From the UHGV virus genome UHGV-1483955: a stretch of 64,000 nucleotides of DNA. One strand, 5' to 3'. This stretch comes from a virus. Below the pieces are notes generated by a model. That model did no database searches, was not told the DNA's origin, and saw nothing but the letters and a program-made list of their open reading frames with translations. Below, piece after piece: positions 53,041 through 63,354 of this stretch (positions are counted from its first letter, which is position 1; every line of letters begins with the position of its first letter). The position numbers were made by a program, and so were the translations under genes.

Positions 53041-53529
53041 GTGGCACAACGCGGTGTAAACAAAGTCATCCTGATTGGTACCCTGGGGCAAGACCCGGAG
53101 ATCAGGTATATACCAAATGGCGGCGCAGTCGGAAGACTCAGCATCGCAACGAATGAATCATGGCGCGATAAGCAAACGGGCCAACAGAAAGAGCAAACAG
53201 AATGGCATAAAGTCGTTTTGTTCGGAAAACTTGCTGAAATTGCGAGTGAGTATTTACGAAAAGGTTCTCAGGTCTACATCGAAGGGAAACTTAAAACCCG
53301 TAAGTGGACTGATGACGCCGGTGTAGAACGTTACACGACGGAAATTATCGTCAGCCAGGGCGGCACCATGCAAATGATCGGCACTCGCCGCGACGATTCA
53401 CAGTCCTCAAATGGCTGGGGGCAGTCAAACCAACCTCAAAACCACCAGCAATACAGCGGTGGCGGCAAACCTCAGAGCAGCGCCAATAACGAACCTCCAA
53501 TGGACTTTGAAGACGATATTCCGTTTTAG
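53041..53529 (+). CDS. ssb: single-stranded DNA-binding protein
   Basis: OB-fold N-terminus, Gly/Gln-rich linker, C-terminal DDIPF tail. Confidence 0.9.
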   Translation: MAQRGVNKVILIGTLGQDPEIRYIPNGGAVGRLSIATNESWRDKQTGQQKEQTEWHKVVLFGKLAEIASEYLRKGSQVYIEGKLKTRKWTDDAGVERYTTEIIVSQGGTMQMIGTRRDDSQSSNGWGQSNQPQNHQQYSGGGKPQSSANNEPPMDFEDDIPF

Positions 53530-53731
53530 AGTTTATGAGTAAAAAACGACTGAAAGAAAAGCGGTGGTCCAAACGCCAACAAAAGCACGAACTCGCTAAA
53601 AAACGCCAAAGTTGGCAATGGCACGCGTTTTTAACGAACAGAACACCACGAGATATTGCTTTCGCTGGTGGGAAAACATTCCTAACCCACCTGAAGACGC
53701 AATACATCAGTTTTTAAGCAGAGAAAAGACT

Positions 53732-54520
53732 ATGACAGCACAAAATACTAAAACCATTCAATACCGCCTACGTAATGGCCAGAGTGTCGAAGTGACCATC
53801 AATAATGATGGAGTACCTGGCGAAAAGGTTTCTATCTCTGATCTGGCTATCGAAAAAACCATCATGTGCCACCTTGGCTTTACTGAAGAAGTGAGCAAAA
53901 AGCATGGTGTAGCAATCTGGAGCGCAATGGATACTGGTATGCGCAAATTCATTACTGCTCGTACCCCAGGGATGACCATGATGGACCTCATGCAGATTGC
54001 GCCGCTGTTTGAATGTGAGCCTTTAGATGTATTCAGCAATCCAGCTATCTGCCAGCAGTTATATGGTGAGATGAAACTCGCGGTTACCCCCATTGTGCTG
54101 CATGAAGGATCGCTTGCTGGCGTGTGGAAAGTAGAGCGTATTTCAAGCTACATGCCTTTCCATGTCAACGGCGTAATCACTGGTGAAAATCAACCTGTTT
54201 CCGTTATAAAGTCAGACCTCAAGCGCGCAATTCTTGAAGCAAGTTGTCGAGTTGTCGGCCTGGGCAAACAGTCTTATGTTTCCTTCCCGGCTGGCCCTGA
54301 AGGCCCGGCAGAAATTCTGATCATGGATGCCGATCTGCTATGGCAAATACAGTTTCTGATTGGCAAAAGCATCATCCGCGCTGAAGAACTCGATCAGTAC
54401 ATTACCTGCACGATGACGGATGAAGTCAAAAGTGTGGCTATAGCCAATGCCCGGAACCTATGTCGTGCTGCATTAACAGAACTGCAAGAAAACACCACGG
54501 AAGAGGTGGAAAGTGATTAA
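53732..54520 (+). CDS. hypothetical protein (262 aa)
   Basis: ORF between ssb and terminase-like paralog; start uncertain. Confidence 0.45.
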   Translation: MTAQNTKTIQYRLRNGQSVEVTINNDGVPGEKVSISDLAIEKTIMCHLGFTEEVSKKHGVAIWSAMDTGMRKFITARTPGMTMMDLMQIAPLFECEPLDVFSNPAICQQLYGEMKLAVTPIVLHEGSLAGVWKVERISSYMPFHVNGVITGENQPVSVIKSDLKRAILEASCRVVGLGKQSYVSFPAGPEGPAEILIMDADLLWQIQFLIGKSIIRAEELDQYITCTMTDEVKSVAIANARNLCRAALTELQENTTEEVESD

Positions 54521-55607
54521 TCGTATACAGAATGAATCTGCCTGGTTAGCACTGATAGAACGGTATAAAGACAATTGGGAACTGGCAGCAAAAGAGTTGC
54601 TTGATATTGAGTTAACACCTCATCAAGCAAAAATTATTAACGCGATAAAGAACACCGGAGCCAAAATCACTGCCACCACACCACATGGTATTGGGGAAAC
54701 CTCTATTGTGGCAGTGATTAGCATCCTGCAAACAATACTGTATTCGTGTTCCCGTACAGTGGTTGTTTCTCCTGCGATTAACGATTGTCGAAAAACAATA
54801 ATTGACTATATGTTCCGTTATTGGGAGCGAGTTACCCAAAAACACACTTTTCTTGGCAATTATTTCAGAATACACCCTGACAAAGGGTTGGTGCATATCA
54901 GTGAAACATGGGGATGCGTCTATATAACCTATTGTCTGAATAACGAAGAGTCTCTGGCTGGTTTTACTGGACCGCACGATCTTTTCATCGTTATTAACTC
55001 GGCGGAAATCAGCGATCGCGCTCATGCAGTGATAACTGGCAATTTAACCAATTATGACTCGCGCCTGCTGTTGCTGTCGAAACCATCGGAACGCGAGAAA
55101 GGGTACTTTTATGATTCGCATCACCGGTTGGCCCATAGTAAAAACAATCCTGCTGGTTTTTTCACGGCGATAACTCTAAACACAGAGGATTCACCTCTCG
55201 TTTCTGAAGCATATCTTGAATTCAAAGCCAAAGAGTTTGGTGGGCGCAATAGCGATGAATATCGCCGATTGATCTTGGGGAAATTCCCAGGGATTCGGGA
55301 GTTGATGGAAAAGTCATCTGTTCCCCGTAATATGCACTTCACAATGACTGACGGTAGTAAATGGGTAGTGCCTACGATCGTGATCGCCAAACACCATGCG
55401 AAACATCACGCTCAAAAACACAACTCCAGCACATTAGACTGGCTGAAGGCCTATACAATACCGTTATTCTCGGCAAACCATAACGCTATAACTGAATGGG
55501 CTAAACAAATCCCCTGGCAGGATGTGGCTGAAGAGGCATTTGTCGAAAAACCACCAAGAGATATGCACGAGCACTGTTGGCTGACATCAGAAAAGAGTTT
55601 CTCGTGA
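54513..55607 (+). CDS. terminase large subunit-like paralog with degenerate Walker A/B motifs
   Basis: Homology to pacB product (GYFYDSHHRLA, FTAITLNTEDSPLV, LLLLSKP) but Walker A GKS replaced by GET and Walker B DE replaced by NS; GTG start with GAGGTGG SD. Confidence 0.6.
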   Translation: MINRIQNESAWLALIERYKDNWELAAKELLDIELTPHQAKIINAIKNTGAKITATTPHGIGETSIVAVISILQTILYSCSRTVVVSPAINDCRKTIIDYMFRYWERVTQKHTFLGNYFRIHPDKGLVHISETWGCVYITYCLNNEESLAGFTGPHDLFIVINSAEISDRAHAVITGNLTNYDSRLLLLSKPSEREKGYFYDSHHRLAHSKNNPAGFFTAITLNTEDSPLVSEAYLEFKAKEFGGRNSDEYRRLILGKFPGIRELMEKSSVPRNMHFTMTDGSKWVVPTIVIAKHHAKHHAQKHNSSTLDWLKAYTIPLFSANHNAITEWAKQIPWQDVAEEAFVEKPPRDMHEHCWLTSEKSFS

Positions 55608-55638
55608 GGTAAAAATCCCGCCAATTGGCGGGATTTCT

Positions 55639-55950
55639 TCAATATACGATCTGGTCTACATGATCACCAAAATCATCGTCGTCGTCGTCCTCATCGCCAC
55701 CATCTACTGCTGGCCAATCAACAAACCAGCCAGCGTAAAGATGCAGCGTTCGGAGAACATCACTTGCGGGAGCATCAAGGGTGTTAACGAATCCCATATA
55801 GCTATTGGGATTTGCCCCAGCTATGGCTTCAGCGATCATGTCCTCGGTAATGTCACCGGAGATAATGCTTAAACGCCCGGAAACTTCTTCATTATCATCA
55901 AATTCGATAATGGCATCTCCGCCTAATGGCGCTGCGATTTTAATCTGCAT
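55639..55950 (-). CDS. acidic small protein, last gene of darA operon
   Basis: 103 aa with poly-Asp tract. Confidence 0.5.
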   Translation of the reverse strand: MQIKIAAPLGGDAIIEFDDNEEVSGRLSIISGDITEDMIAEAIAGANPNSYMGFVNTLDAPASDVLRTLHLYAGWFVDWPAVDGGDEDDDDDDFGDHVDQIVY

Positions 55951-58927
55951 TATTTAGCTCCTTTGCCACACCTAATAACAGTTCCAGCAATCCGTCACCA
56001 TTCATCAGTGATGCGGCAGCGGCCTCTTTGTCATGATACAACTGAAGAGCCATAGAGAATACTTCCGTTGCTGACGTTTTGGAAATAGTCGGTGATTTCT
56101 GCCGAATTTTCCCGGTGTTACTTACTGAGGCTGGCGGGTATACCTTCGCCATATAAATATTACTCAATCGAGATCTGAAGCACCATTCAGGCTTGCCACG
56201 CCCACCGATATTAACGAAAGATGGCTTATCCCCTTCAACATTGGCCTTCAGGAATGACCGGGCTTTCTCTAACAAACCAGGGTTACTGTACTCAAGATGA
56301 TGACCCAGCTCGTGCCACAGTGCACTTGCATTTTCATCGTTCAAATTGACAGCAACAACACCATTTAGATTTGCATATGCCCTTCCCTGGTGGTGAACCA
56401 CTTTTGATAAGGTCGATATTTTCCCGCCGGTCAGGCGATAAATATCAGCAAGTTCCTTGCGCAGGTCTATCCCACCATTCTGTCCAGCGCGGGCTTCTTC
56501 CACTTCTTCCGTGATAAAAGAGTCGGCCCACTCAAGAGCTTTTTCTTCAGATACGGATGAGTTTGCGATCGCACTGTTCATGGCAGATAACACTTTCTCG
56601 TGGACCGAACCCATACTTCGCTGATTCATTTGCCAGCGTGTCTGCGGGTTATATGAGAATCGCTTAAGTAGTTGGTCAAGCTGCTCAAGTTCTTCTTCAC
56701 TGACATACTTTTTAGCCTCACCAATAATGCCAGGGAGAATATTGCCGTTAGGATTAAACGCTCGCGACAGGAAGAGTTTCAGCGCCCCCATGCCCTCCGA
56801 TGCATCAATATCACCAATAACCCGGTTAACAATGGCCGCACTCTTCGGATTAGCATCCGCCAACGCTCTGGCTACGATTTGCAGGGACGATACGACCTCA
56901 CGCTGCATATCAGTCCTGATCTCATCAATAAACTCTGGCGTTATGCCGTGCTCTTTAAGGATATCCCGGCCTTCCGCCGTTACCCCATCGATATCACCGA
57001 CATGTTTATTAACACGACTTTGCAATGCCTTAAATGCCTTCAGAATTCCACGGGCATCATCCGCTTTACTAACGGCCTTCCTGAATGCTGGCAAGAAGTC
57101 TGAGTTAACCTCATTTTGTTGATCGGCCCACTGAATGGAGGCTTCTTTCATCTCGTCCAGAGTCAGATCACCCAACGCGGTATGGTCTGTGAATATGAGC
57201 GACAACCTCTGAACCATTTCTGCCAATGGTGATGCCGAATGCGCCGCGCTAAGGAATGCTTTCACCCTGGTTGGGCGAATGGAAAACCAGTCAATAGCTG
57301 GTGGCATATCTCCGTTTTTTATCGCCTGCGCTATCTCGTCAAAGCCATCGCGCCCAAGGGAGGATGCGTGATTTAACAAGCCGCGAAGTAACGAATTGCT
57401 GATACCGAATAATCGGCACCATTTTTTCACGTCGGCAACAGGCATTCGAACAAAATGCGCAAGCACTTGTACAAGCTGTTCATCCTGGGGATCTGTGCGG
57501 GAAAGCAGCCTGATCAGATGAATAATGTCTTTGATGCCGGATGCCCGATGTAATAGCAAACTGGTATACGGAGCAACACCGTTGTAACTACCGCCGGAAA
57601 CGGACTCGAAAAGACCGCCGGATATCCCTTGCATGCCTTCGTTTTCCAGTTCCTGAGACACCTGGCGAAGGATATCCTGTAACGACACATCGCCGCCGCC
57701 AAACATATCCCCCAGCGCCTGGCCCTGGTGCTGTAACTCATCATTGATACGTTGAGCCATCAACTTAAAGGCGGTGGCCATACGCTTCGCGCTACGGTTA
57801 TTCGCGACGATGAACAACGCGAGTGCTTTCACTTCCGGGGCCGTTTCGCTGAACATATCCCCCTGAGCAATAACATCGGTAATATGCTGGCCTGACTCCT
57901 TCGATTGCCTTACCAGGTCTACCGCATCTTTCAATGCCGCCAGCGCCTTTTTATCAAGGCTATCCGCTGTCTCAATGCCATCAACAATAGTTGTCACAGC
58001 CTGCTTGTGCGCTTCTCCTGATAAAGCCTGCATCTGGACAAAATCATTGGCTGCCGCATTAAGCGCCGTCAGAACATTACGCATATCCGGATCAGGTTCT
58101 TCTGCAACCATCCTTACCAGGCGCGCATCCTTATATGCCTTGGCAAAGATCGCGTTTTGTATACGGTCTACAAGTTGCCGTGTTGGTCGCCCATCTTCAG
58201 TTACAAGGCCAGCCGCCTGTGTGGCACCAACTTGCGTCATAAATCCGCGAATAAACGCGTCATTACTGCGGCTAAGCAGATCTCCGCTTTCTGACGGGTT
58301 AAAAAGCGCCATCATCGCCGGTGTTATGCTGTCGGCATCAACAAAAGCCTTTTCACTGGCTGCCATTTCCTGAAGATCAGAAATATTTGAGTCCTTGGCA
58401 AACTGAACGCGGTCAACCTTAGTTAACCGGCGGCGCACCAGTACCGGAGCCGTCATTGATTCAACCTTTTCAGGTCGTATGCCGAATTCGGTCGCATGAT
58501 CAATCAGGTACTCACGATACCGATCCGCATTGCCGTCCTGATAGGCTTTGATGATCCCCATGGTCCGTCCATTACCTGACTCAACGGCATTGTCCTCACC
58601 AATTATCGGCGCGCCATGGCTGGATAAACCGGAATCAGTAAGCTGAGCAGGCCGCAAATCTTTGGATATCTGGTTAACCTGAAGAAGGCTGGATGCGCGG
58701 GTCCGGTCGCGCGGTTGAAGTTCCTGGGGATAGTCAGGATTAATTTGCCCATCCAGAGTATTGGATACCAAAAGAGCTGAGGCATCGACGATATCAAACG
58801 CTGTTTTTACCTCGTCTCCCTTCGCTGTCACCACATACGAAACCCGCCCATAATCGGGCAGGTTCTTTAGCAGCTCGATCAGCGTTTCTATGCTGGTGGC
58901 CATTACCACCTGATCGCTTAAGCTCAT
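55940..58927 (-). CDS. ddrB: large darA-operon protein (995 aa)
   Basis: Large ORF following ddrA-like gene; symbol by recalled synteny. Confidence 0.6.
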   Translation of the reverse strand: MSLSDQVVMATSIETLIELLKNLPDYGRVSYVVTAKGDEVKTAFDIVDASALLVSNTLDGQINPDYPQELQPRDRTRASSLLQVNQISKDLRPAQLTDSGLSSHGAPIIGEDNAVESGNGRTMGIIKAYQDGNADRYREYLIDHATEFGIRPEKVESMTAPVLVRRRLTKVDRVQFAKDSNISDLQEMAASEKAFVDADSITPAMMALFNPSESGDLLSRSNDAFIRGFMTQVGATQAAGLVTEDGRPTRQLVDRIQNAIFAKAYKDARLVRMVAEEPDPDMRNVLTALNAAANDFVQMQALSGEAHKQAVTTIVDGIETADSLDKKALAALKDAVDLVRQSKESGQHITDVIAQGDMFSETAPEVKALALFIVANNRSAKRMATAFKLMAQRINDELQHQGQALGDMFGGGDVSLQDILRQVSQELENEGMQGISGGLFESVSGGSYNGVAPYTSLLLHRASGIKDIIHLIRLLSRTDPQDEQLVQVLAHFVRMPVADVKKWCRLFGISNSLLRGLLNHASSLGRDGFDEIAQAIKNGDMPPAIDWFSIRPTRVKAFLSAAHSASPLAEMVQRLSLIFTDHTALGDLTLDEMKEASIQWADQQNEVNSDFLPAFRKAVSKADDARGILKAFKALQSRVNKHVGDIDGVTAEGRDILKEHGITPEFIDEIRTDMQREVVSSLQIVARALADANPKSAAIVNRVIGDIDASEGMGALKLFLSRAFNPNGNILPGIIGEAKKYVSEEELEQLDQLLKRFSYNPQTRWQMNQRSMGSVHEKVLSAMNSAIANSSVSEEKALEWADSFITEEVEEARAGQNGGIDLRKELADIYRLTGGKISTLSKVVHHQGRAYANLNGVVAVNLNDENASALWHELGHHLEYSNPGLLEKARSFLKANVEGDKPSFVNIGGRGKPEWCFRSRLSNIYMAKVYPPASVSNTGKIRQKSPTISKTSATEVFSMALQLYHDKEAAAASLMNGDGLLELLLGVAKELNNAD

Positions 58928-58939
58928 CCCTGTTACGCC

Positions 58940-59305
58940 TTATGCTGCCTCTTTAATGTTGGCGGCTATCCATGCCGCCGTGTGCTGTTTAACCTGGTCC
59001 AGGTCGATGTATGTGCCAACATATTGACTCAAATCCTGCAAGGTACCGATAAATGCATCGGTGCTCTGATCGACGAATTTATCAGCCAGGAAATCAGCAA
59101 CCAGTTTTGGCACACCATCATGTTCCGAAGGTTGTTTTTCCTCGCCACTACCACCGCCGGACGCGCCGTACCCCATCTGTTGCATGATCTGGTCAATTTC
59201 ATCGCTGATATCCAGCAACTCCATACCACTCGCGATAGCCGCTTTGGACATCAGAGCATCCAACTTATCGCTGAGATCCATTAACTCAATAGCTGATAGT
59301 GTCAT
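58940..59305 (-). CDS. ddrA: small darA-operon protein (121 aa)
   Basis: Overlaps darA stop by 4 nt. Confidence 0.55.
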   Translation of the reverse strand: MTLSAIELMDLSDKLDALMSKAAIASGMELLDISDEIDQIMQQMGYGASGGGSGEEKQPSEHDGVPKLVADFLADKFVDQSTDAFIGTLQDLSQYVGTYIDLDQVKQHTAAWIAANIKEAA

Positions 59306-61221
59306 GCCGCTACCCCCGCTTTCTGGATTGCTACCAACAGATCAGCCAGGTGGCGAGCTGCGCCGTTAACCAGCTCTTCGTTTTCCTCAAAACGTCCGGC
59401 AGCCTGAAGGGCTGCAATCGCTTCCCGGACATTGCCCCGGGCGTTACGGATCTCCGCCATGTCAGTGCTTTGCATATCCATCACGTTATTGAGATATTCA
59501 ATGGCTTTATTAGCCTCTGCATCTGCTTCGCTAACCGTTTCATCAGGCTGTGCCGGGGCCGGTTCTGGCTGAGTAATCTCACCGACTTCGGCCTGCAATG
59601 CATTGATCATGCTCTGCACCATTTTCTCGGTGCCTGCGCCCCCAGGAAACGCAATATTGGGGAAAGTTTTTTGAAACTGAGTTTTCAGCATTACGCGGAA
59701 CTCGTCTGGTGAGCTGGTGGCCAGCTCCAGAGCTTTTTGTGCATATTTGCCAAACGGACCATTAGTAAGTGTCTTCGCCAGGAAATCGAAAGAATCCTCG
59801 CGAGGCAATAACTTCAGGTCGTACTCACTCATTTGCTGATCAGAAAGCGGGGTATCGTAAGTAGCAATGCCGTAGCGTGCATATTCATAATACGGGTCAC
59901 CTTCATCAGGGCGCGGCAGAATTGCTTTGTTACCTTCAGGTATTGCGCCAGGGGCCGCCGGACGCATTTGCAGGGCATATCGATATGCACCTACAGAGAC
60001 TTCTGGTTCAGGCGAAGAGCTACCGGTATCCTCCGCTGGTTCAGGTTCGACGTTTTCCGGTTTATGTTCTTCTGGTTGGACCAGGTATTCCGATACATTA
60101 CCCGCTTTATAGGCTTTAAACAGCTTGCGGATTGCATCTGCCATGTCCACACCCTGTATGGATTTAGCCTTGATCATGTATACGCTGCCATCCGGATCGG
60201 TTAACTGGATATACCCTTCGCCATCCCCAATGAATTGCTTCATTGATGCACCATTACTGAGCGTCGCTTCACCGTCCATATGCATGCGATTTTTGATACT
60301 GGCAAGGCGATCCGTCAACGCGCGTGAGTGCCCACCAGTTATTGCCACTGGAGCAATGGTATCGCGCCCACCTGTTCGATTGAGCTGATCAATCTCCGCC
60401 TGCAAACGCTCATTCTCTTCATAAAGAGAATCCGCTTCCGAGGCGACCGCGTTAATTTTCTGCTCCAGATCTGCCTTCTGCCCTTCTACCACTGCCACCT
60501 GATCCGCGAGGTCGCTCATGGCATCCTCTTTCTGGTCACTGTCAGCCTGTAGTTGGGTTATTTCATCAACCAGGGCTTTTTTCTTCTTCTGCGCACGCTG
60601 GAATTTTGCCGAGTTTTTCTCTGCAAGGTTGGCAAGTTTCATGGTGACCTGCGCCAGCGTCATATCACGTCCACTCATCGGAGCAACGGTGTGAGTAACG
60701 TCTTTTTTATTCAGTAAGAACTGGAAAGCAACCAGCGTATCGCTATTGGTGATCCGGTTTTCCGCTGTCGGGCTATGAAACAGAATGCTGATAGTCTGAC
60801 CATCACTGAGCGGAATAATGGCTGGCAGGACCGGCAGCCCGTTAACGTTCCGTGCCCGGCCAATTTCAGCACCGCCGATCGCGCGCGCGCCGCTCTGGGC
60901 CACATCCCCCGTTTTATCACTCCCCGCAGAGATTCCGGTACCATTCAGCTTCTGGTTCAATGCCCGGACAAATGCCTGCATGGTCCGGTGTAACTGCAAA
61001 CGAGTAGAACTAATCGCCTCCAGTAAATCCGTAGCACACCAGTGGATCGGCGTGTCATAGAAGAACGTAGCCTCGATTTCCTCCAGGGTGTTGGATTCCG
61101 TCATCAGATAGCGGTCCTCACCGGCCATTAATGCGCGATATTCATCATCAGTCACTGGCGGGGGAAGCACGTCAAGCCCAGGCTTGATCGTCACCCCTTT
61201 ATTGATATTGAACTGTTCCAT
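59302..61221 (-). CDS. darA: antirestriction protein DarA (639 aa)
   Basis: Size and operon context (lydA-lydB-hdf-darA-ddrA-ddrB) match recalled P1 dar operon. Confidence 0.7.
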   Translation of the reverse strand: MEQFNINKGVTIKPGLDVLPPPVTDDEYRALMAGEDRYLMTESNTLEEIEATFFYDTPIHWCATDLLEAISSTRLQLHRTMQAFVRALNQKLNGTGISAGSDKTGDVAQSGARAIGGAEIGRARNVNGLPVLPAIIPLSDGQTISILFHSPTAENRITNSDTLVAFQFLLNKKDVTHTVAPMSGRDMTLAQVTMKLANLAEKNSAKFQRAQKKKKALVDEITQLQADSDQKEDAMSDLADQVAVVEGQKADLEQKINAVASEADSLYEENERLQAEIDQLNRTGGRDTIAPVAITGGHSRALTDRLASIKNRMHMDGEATLSNGASMKQFIGDGEGYIQLTDPDGSVYMIKAKSIQGVDMADAIRKLFKAYKAGNVSEYLVQPEEHKPENVEPEPAEDTGSSSPEPEVSVGAYRYALQMRPAAPGAIPEGNKAILPRPDEGDPYYEYARYGIATYDTPLSDQQMSEYDLKLLPREDSFDFLAKTLTNGPFGKYAQKALELATSSPDEFRVMLKTQFQKTFPNIAFPGGAGTEKMVQSMINALQAEVGEITQPEPAPAQPDETVSEADAEANKAIEYLNNVMDMQSTDMAEIRNARGNVREAIAALQAAGRFEENEELVNGAARHLADLLVAIQKAGVAA

Positions 61222-61222
61222 G

Positions 61223-61834
61223 TTAATTTCCTGCTTTCAGTTGCTTAAGACGGCGTTTGAGTTCGCCATTTCGGGCCTTTTCGTTATTGAGTCGGCCTGT
61301 CTCCTTATCCAGCTTCGCCCGCAAATCAGTGATCTGCTGTTGATTGAAAGACACCGAGTTCTGCGCTGATTTATAAGCGGCAACCACCTGAGCATTCCGC
61401 TGTTTTGCCTCTTGCAGGCGCTGAAAGTTGGATTTTACTGCCGGTTTCTTGTCTACCGGATTGGCAACACGTTTCGCTTTGGCGATCAGTGATTTCTGGA
61501 ATTTTGCGGAGTTTTTGCGGGCCGCTTGCCCCATGACGGTACCAAGCGTCTTGATATCCGGCGACTGAGCGTTAGGAATAGCTTTTCCATTCAGCCTCAC
61601 AGACGATATATCGCCAGTATCGTTTACCTGTATGGCAAGAATTTGTCCGTCGTTAAGAACCAGCTTTGCGGTTTTAACTTTAACGCCATCTTTCGTTGTT
61701 GCGCGGTTGCTGGAGTCAACCTCAATTACCGTAACACCGGTTTTATTGATCGCCGCGATAAGGGATTTCAGCCCCTTTTCATTAACCTGGTCAAAATCGA
61801 CCGTTGCATACTTATTTTTCGTCATCTGACACAT
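61223..61834 (-). CDS. hdf: darA-operon protein with basic coiled-coil C-terminus
   Basis: 203-aa ORF immediately upstream of darA. Confidence 0.5.
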   Translation of the reverse strand: MCQMTKNKYATVDFDQVNEKGLKSLIAAINKTGVTVIEVDSSNRATTKDGVKVKTAKLVLNDGQILAIQVNDTGDISSVRLNGKAIPNAQSPDIKTLGTVMGQAARKNSAKFQKSLIAKAKRVANPVDKKPAVKSNFQRLQEAKQRNAQVVAAYKSAQNSVSFNQQQITDLRAKLDKETGRLNNEKARNGELKRRLKQLKAGN

Positions 61835-62255
61835 CCTGTGCGAGATTTATTACGTAACTTCTGCGGATTTGCTGAGTAACAGGGAAAATCCGATACAACG
61901 GGTTAATGAACGAGTCGCCATGCGTAACCATGACGTTGAAATGCCACAGTCGCTCTCCTTTACCCATATAATCAGTGGGTATGTACAACCATTCACTGTT
62001 TTCGCCCTGTTCAGCCGACGTCAAACAACGTTGTTCGCCTTCAATCACTGTCGTCGGCTTCTGAACATCGCGGATCCAATATCTGACCGTTGCGCCGCGC
62101 AAAAACGGGAATTTAGACCGGTATTTGAACGGCACCCGGATGAAACCCGGTTTAATTTCCACATCACCAAGTTCTAAATGCGTGATGTCCTTGCGTTTTA
62201 GCAAATAGCGATCGGCTAAGGCTAACGCAAGAACGCATACACCCCAGCCAATCAT
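61812..62255 (-). CDS. lydB: putative antiholin / lysis regulator
   Basis: 147-aa ORF overlapping holin-like gene stop. Confidence 0.55.
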   Translation of the reverse strand: MIGWGVCVLALALADRYLLKRKDITHLELGDVEIKPGFIRVPFKYRSKFPFLRGATVRYWIRDVQKPTTVIEGEQRCLTSAEQGENSEWLYIPTDYMGKGERLWHFNVMVTHGDSFINPLYRIFPVTQQIRRSYVINLAQDVSDDEK

Positions 62256-62581
62256 TTCCCGCCTCCCTTTTTCACCAAACTTGTAAGAACATTCAGAATG
62301 CTATCGATATTCACTCGTTTCATCCCTGAAATCACCTCATGACCGTTATTGCTGGCTATCGTTACCATTAAGTACGTAATTGATAACTCCCAGCCCTCGT
62401 GTTGCCCCAATAGGTACGCCACCGCGCCAGCTGTCACTGCAACAAAGATCTCCGTAACCAATCCCAACAAATTGCCAGACTGGCGACCGTCTCGGACATC
62501 CATCAGGAACGTGCCTATCCCACCAATTACTGAAAGCAGGAGCGCAATAGCAACTGGAGCTAATTCCTGTGTGTCAAGCAC
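62252..62581 (-). CDS. lydA: holin-like membrane protein
   Basis: 109 aa with multiple TM segments, first gene of operon. Confidence 0.6.
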   Translation of the reverse strand: MLDTQELAPVAIALLLSVIGGIGTFLMDVRDGRQSGNLLGLVTEIFVAVTAGAVAYLLGQHEGWELSITYLMVTIASNNGHEVISGMKRVNIDSILNVLTSLVKKGGGK

Positions 62582-62655
62582 AAGTTCCCTCCTACGTTGT
62601 CAGGAGGTAATGGTATGCAAAGTAACTTCTCAACCGGTTATGTTGCATAAGAGAC

Positions 62656-62919
62656 TTACCTATTCAACCGACTTTTGGAACCTTCAATAATAAGCCTGCT
62701 ATTGGCGCTGAAAATAAGAACCATGCAGCTCTGAAGGCTTTCATTCATGTCCTTATATTCCGCGAGATACATGCCAATAAAGCCAGCAAGTACGGCGGAA
62801 ATACATTCGGCCAGCAATTTCTTGCATGAAGACTCGTAACGGTTTTCACATAGCCCACTCAAATACGAATACACCCCACCAAGAAGGGATAACATCACGA
62901 TATGTACATAAAATGTCAT
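62656..62919 (-). CDS. small membrane protein (87 aa)
   Basis: Two hydrophobic segments; between cin region and lydA. Confidence 0.4.
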   Translation of the reverse strand: MTFYVHIVMLSLLGGVYSYLSGLCENRYESSCKKLLAECISAVLAGFIGMYLAEYKDMNESLQSCMVLIFSANSRLIIEGSKSRLNR

Positions 62920-63046
62920 TTTTTACCTATACAACAGTAAGTTGAACAACATTTGAGAACGGTATGCACTTTGTGATTTCCACACACACTGGTTTTGTTA
63001 ATTAAAACCTGTAGCTTGCAATAAATAACGATAGTGGGCAGAAAAT

Positions 63047-63233
63047 ATGCTAATAGGCTATGTACGCATATAGACAAATGAACAAAACACAGCTATGCAG
63101 TGAAAAGCACTTGAAAGCGCAGGATGTGAGCTAATTTTTGCGAATAAGGCGAGCAGCAAAAAAGCTGGGCACCCTGGGTTAAAAAAGGTTCTGCGTATGC
63201 TTTCCAGAGGTGATACCCTAGTCTCGGACTAGG
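63047..63233 (+). pseudogene. degenerate N-terminal fragment of a Cin/Hin-family serine invertase
   Basis: Reads MLIGYVRI*, then TNEQNTAMQ*, then ALESAGCELIF..AGHPGLKKVLRMLSRGDTLV across frames, paralleling intact Cin N-terminus. Confidence 0.6.
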
Positions 63234-63354
63234 GACAACATTTCGAGAACAGTTTTCATTAGCGGTCAGCAGGCGCTAGATACATCGAATTGATGTGCCG
63301 CGCGATAAATGTACCTATTCTATCAAGATAAATTACACCGACGCGGCATTAGAA

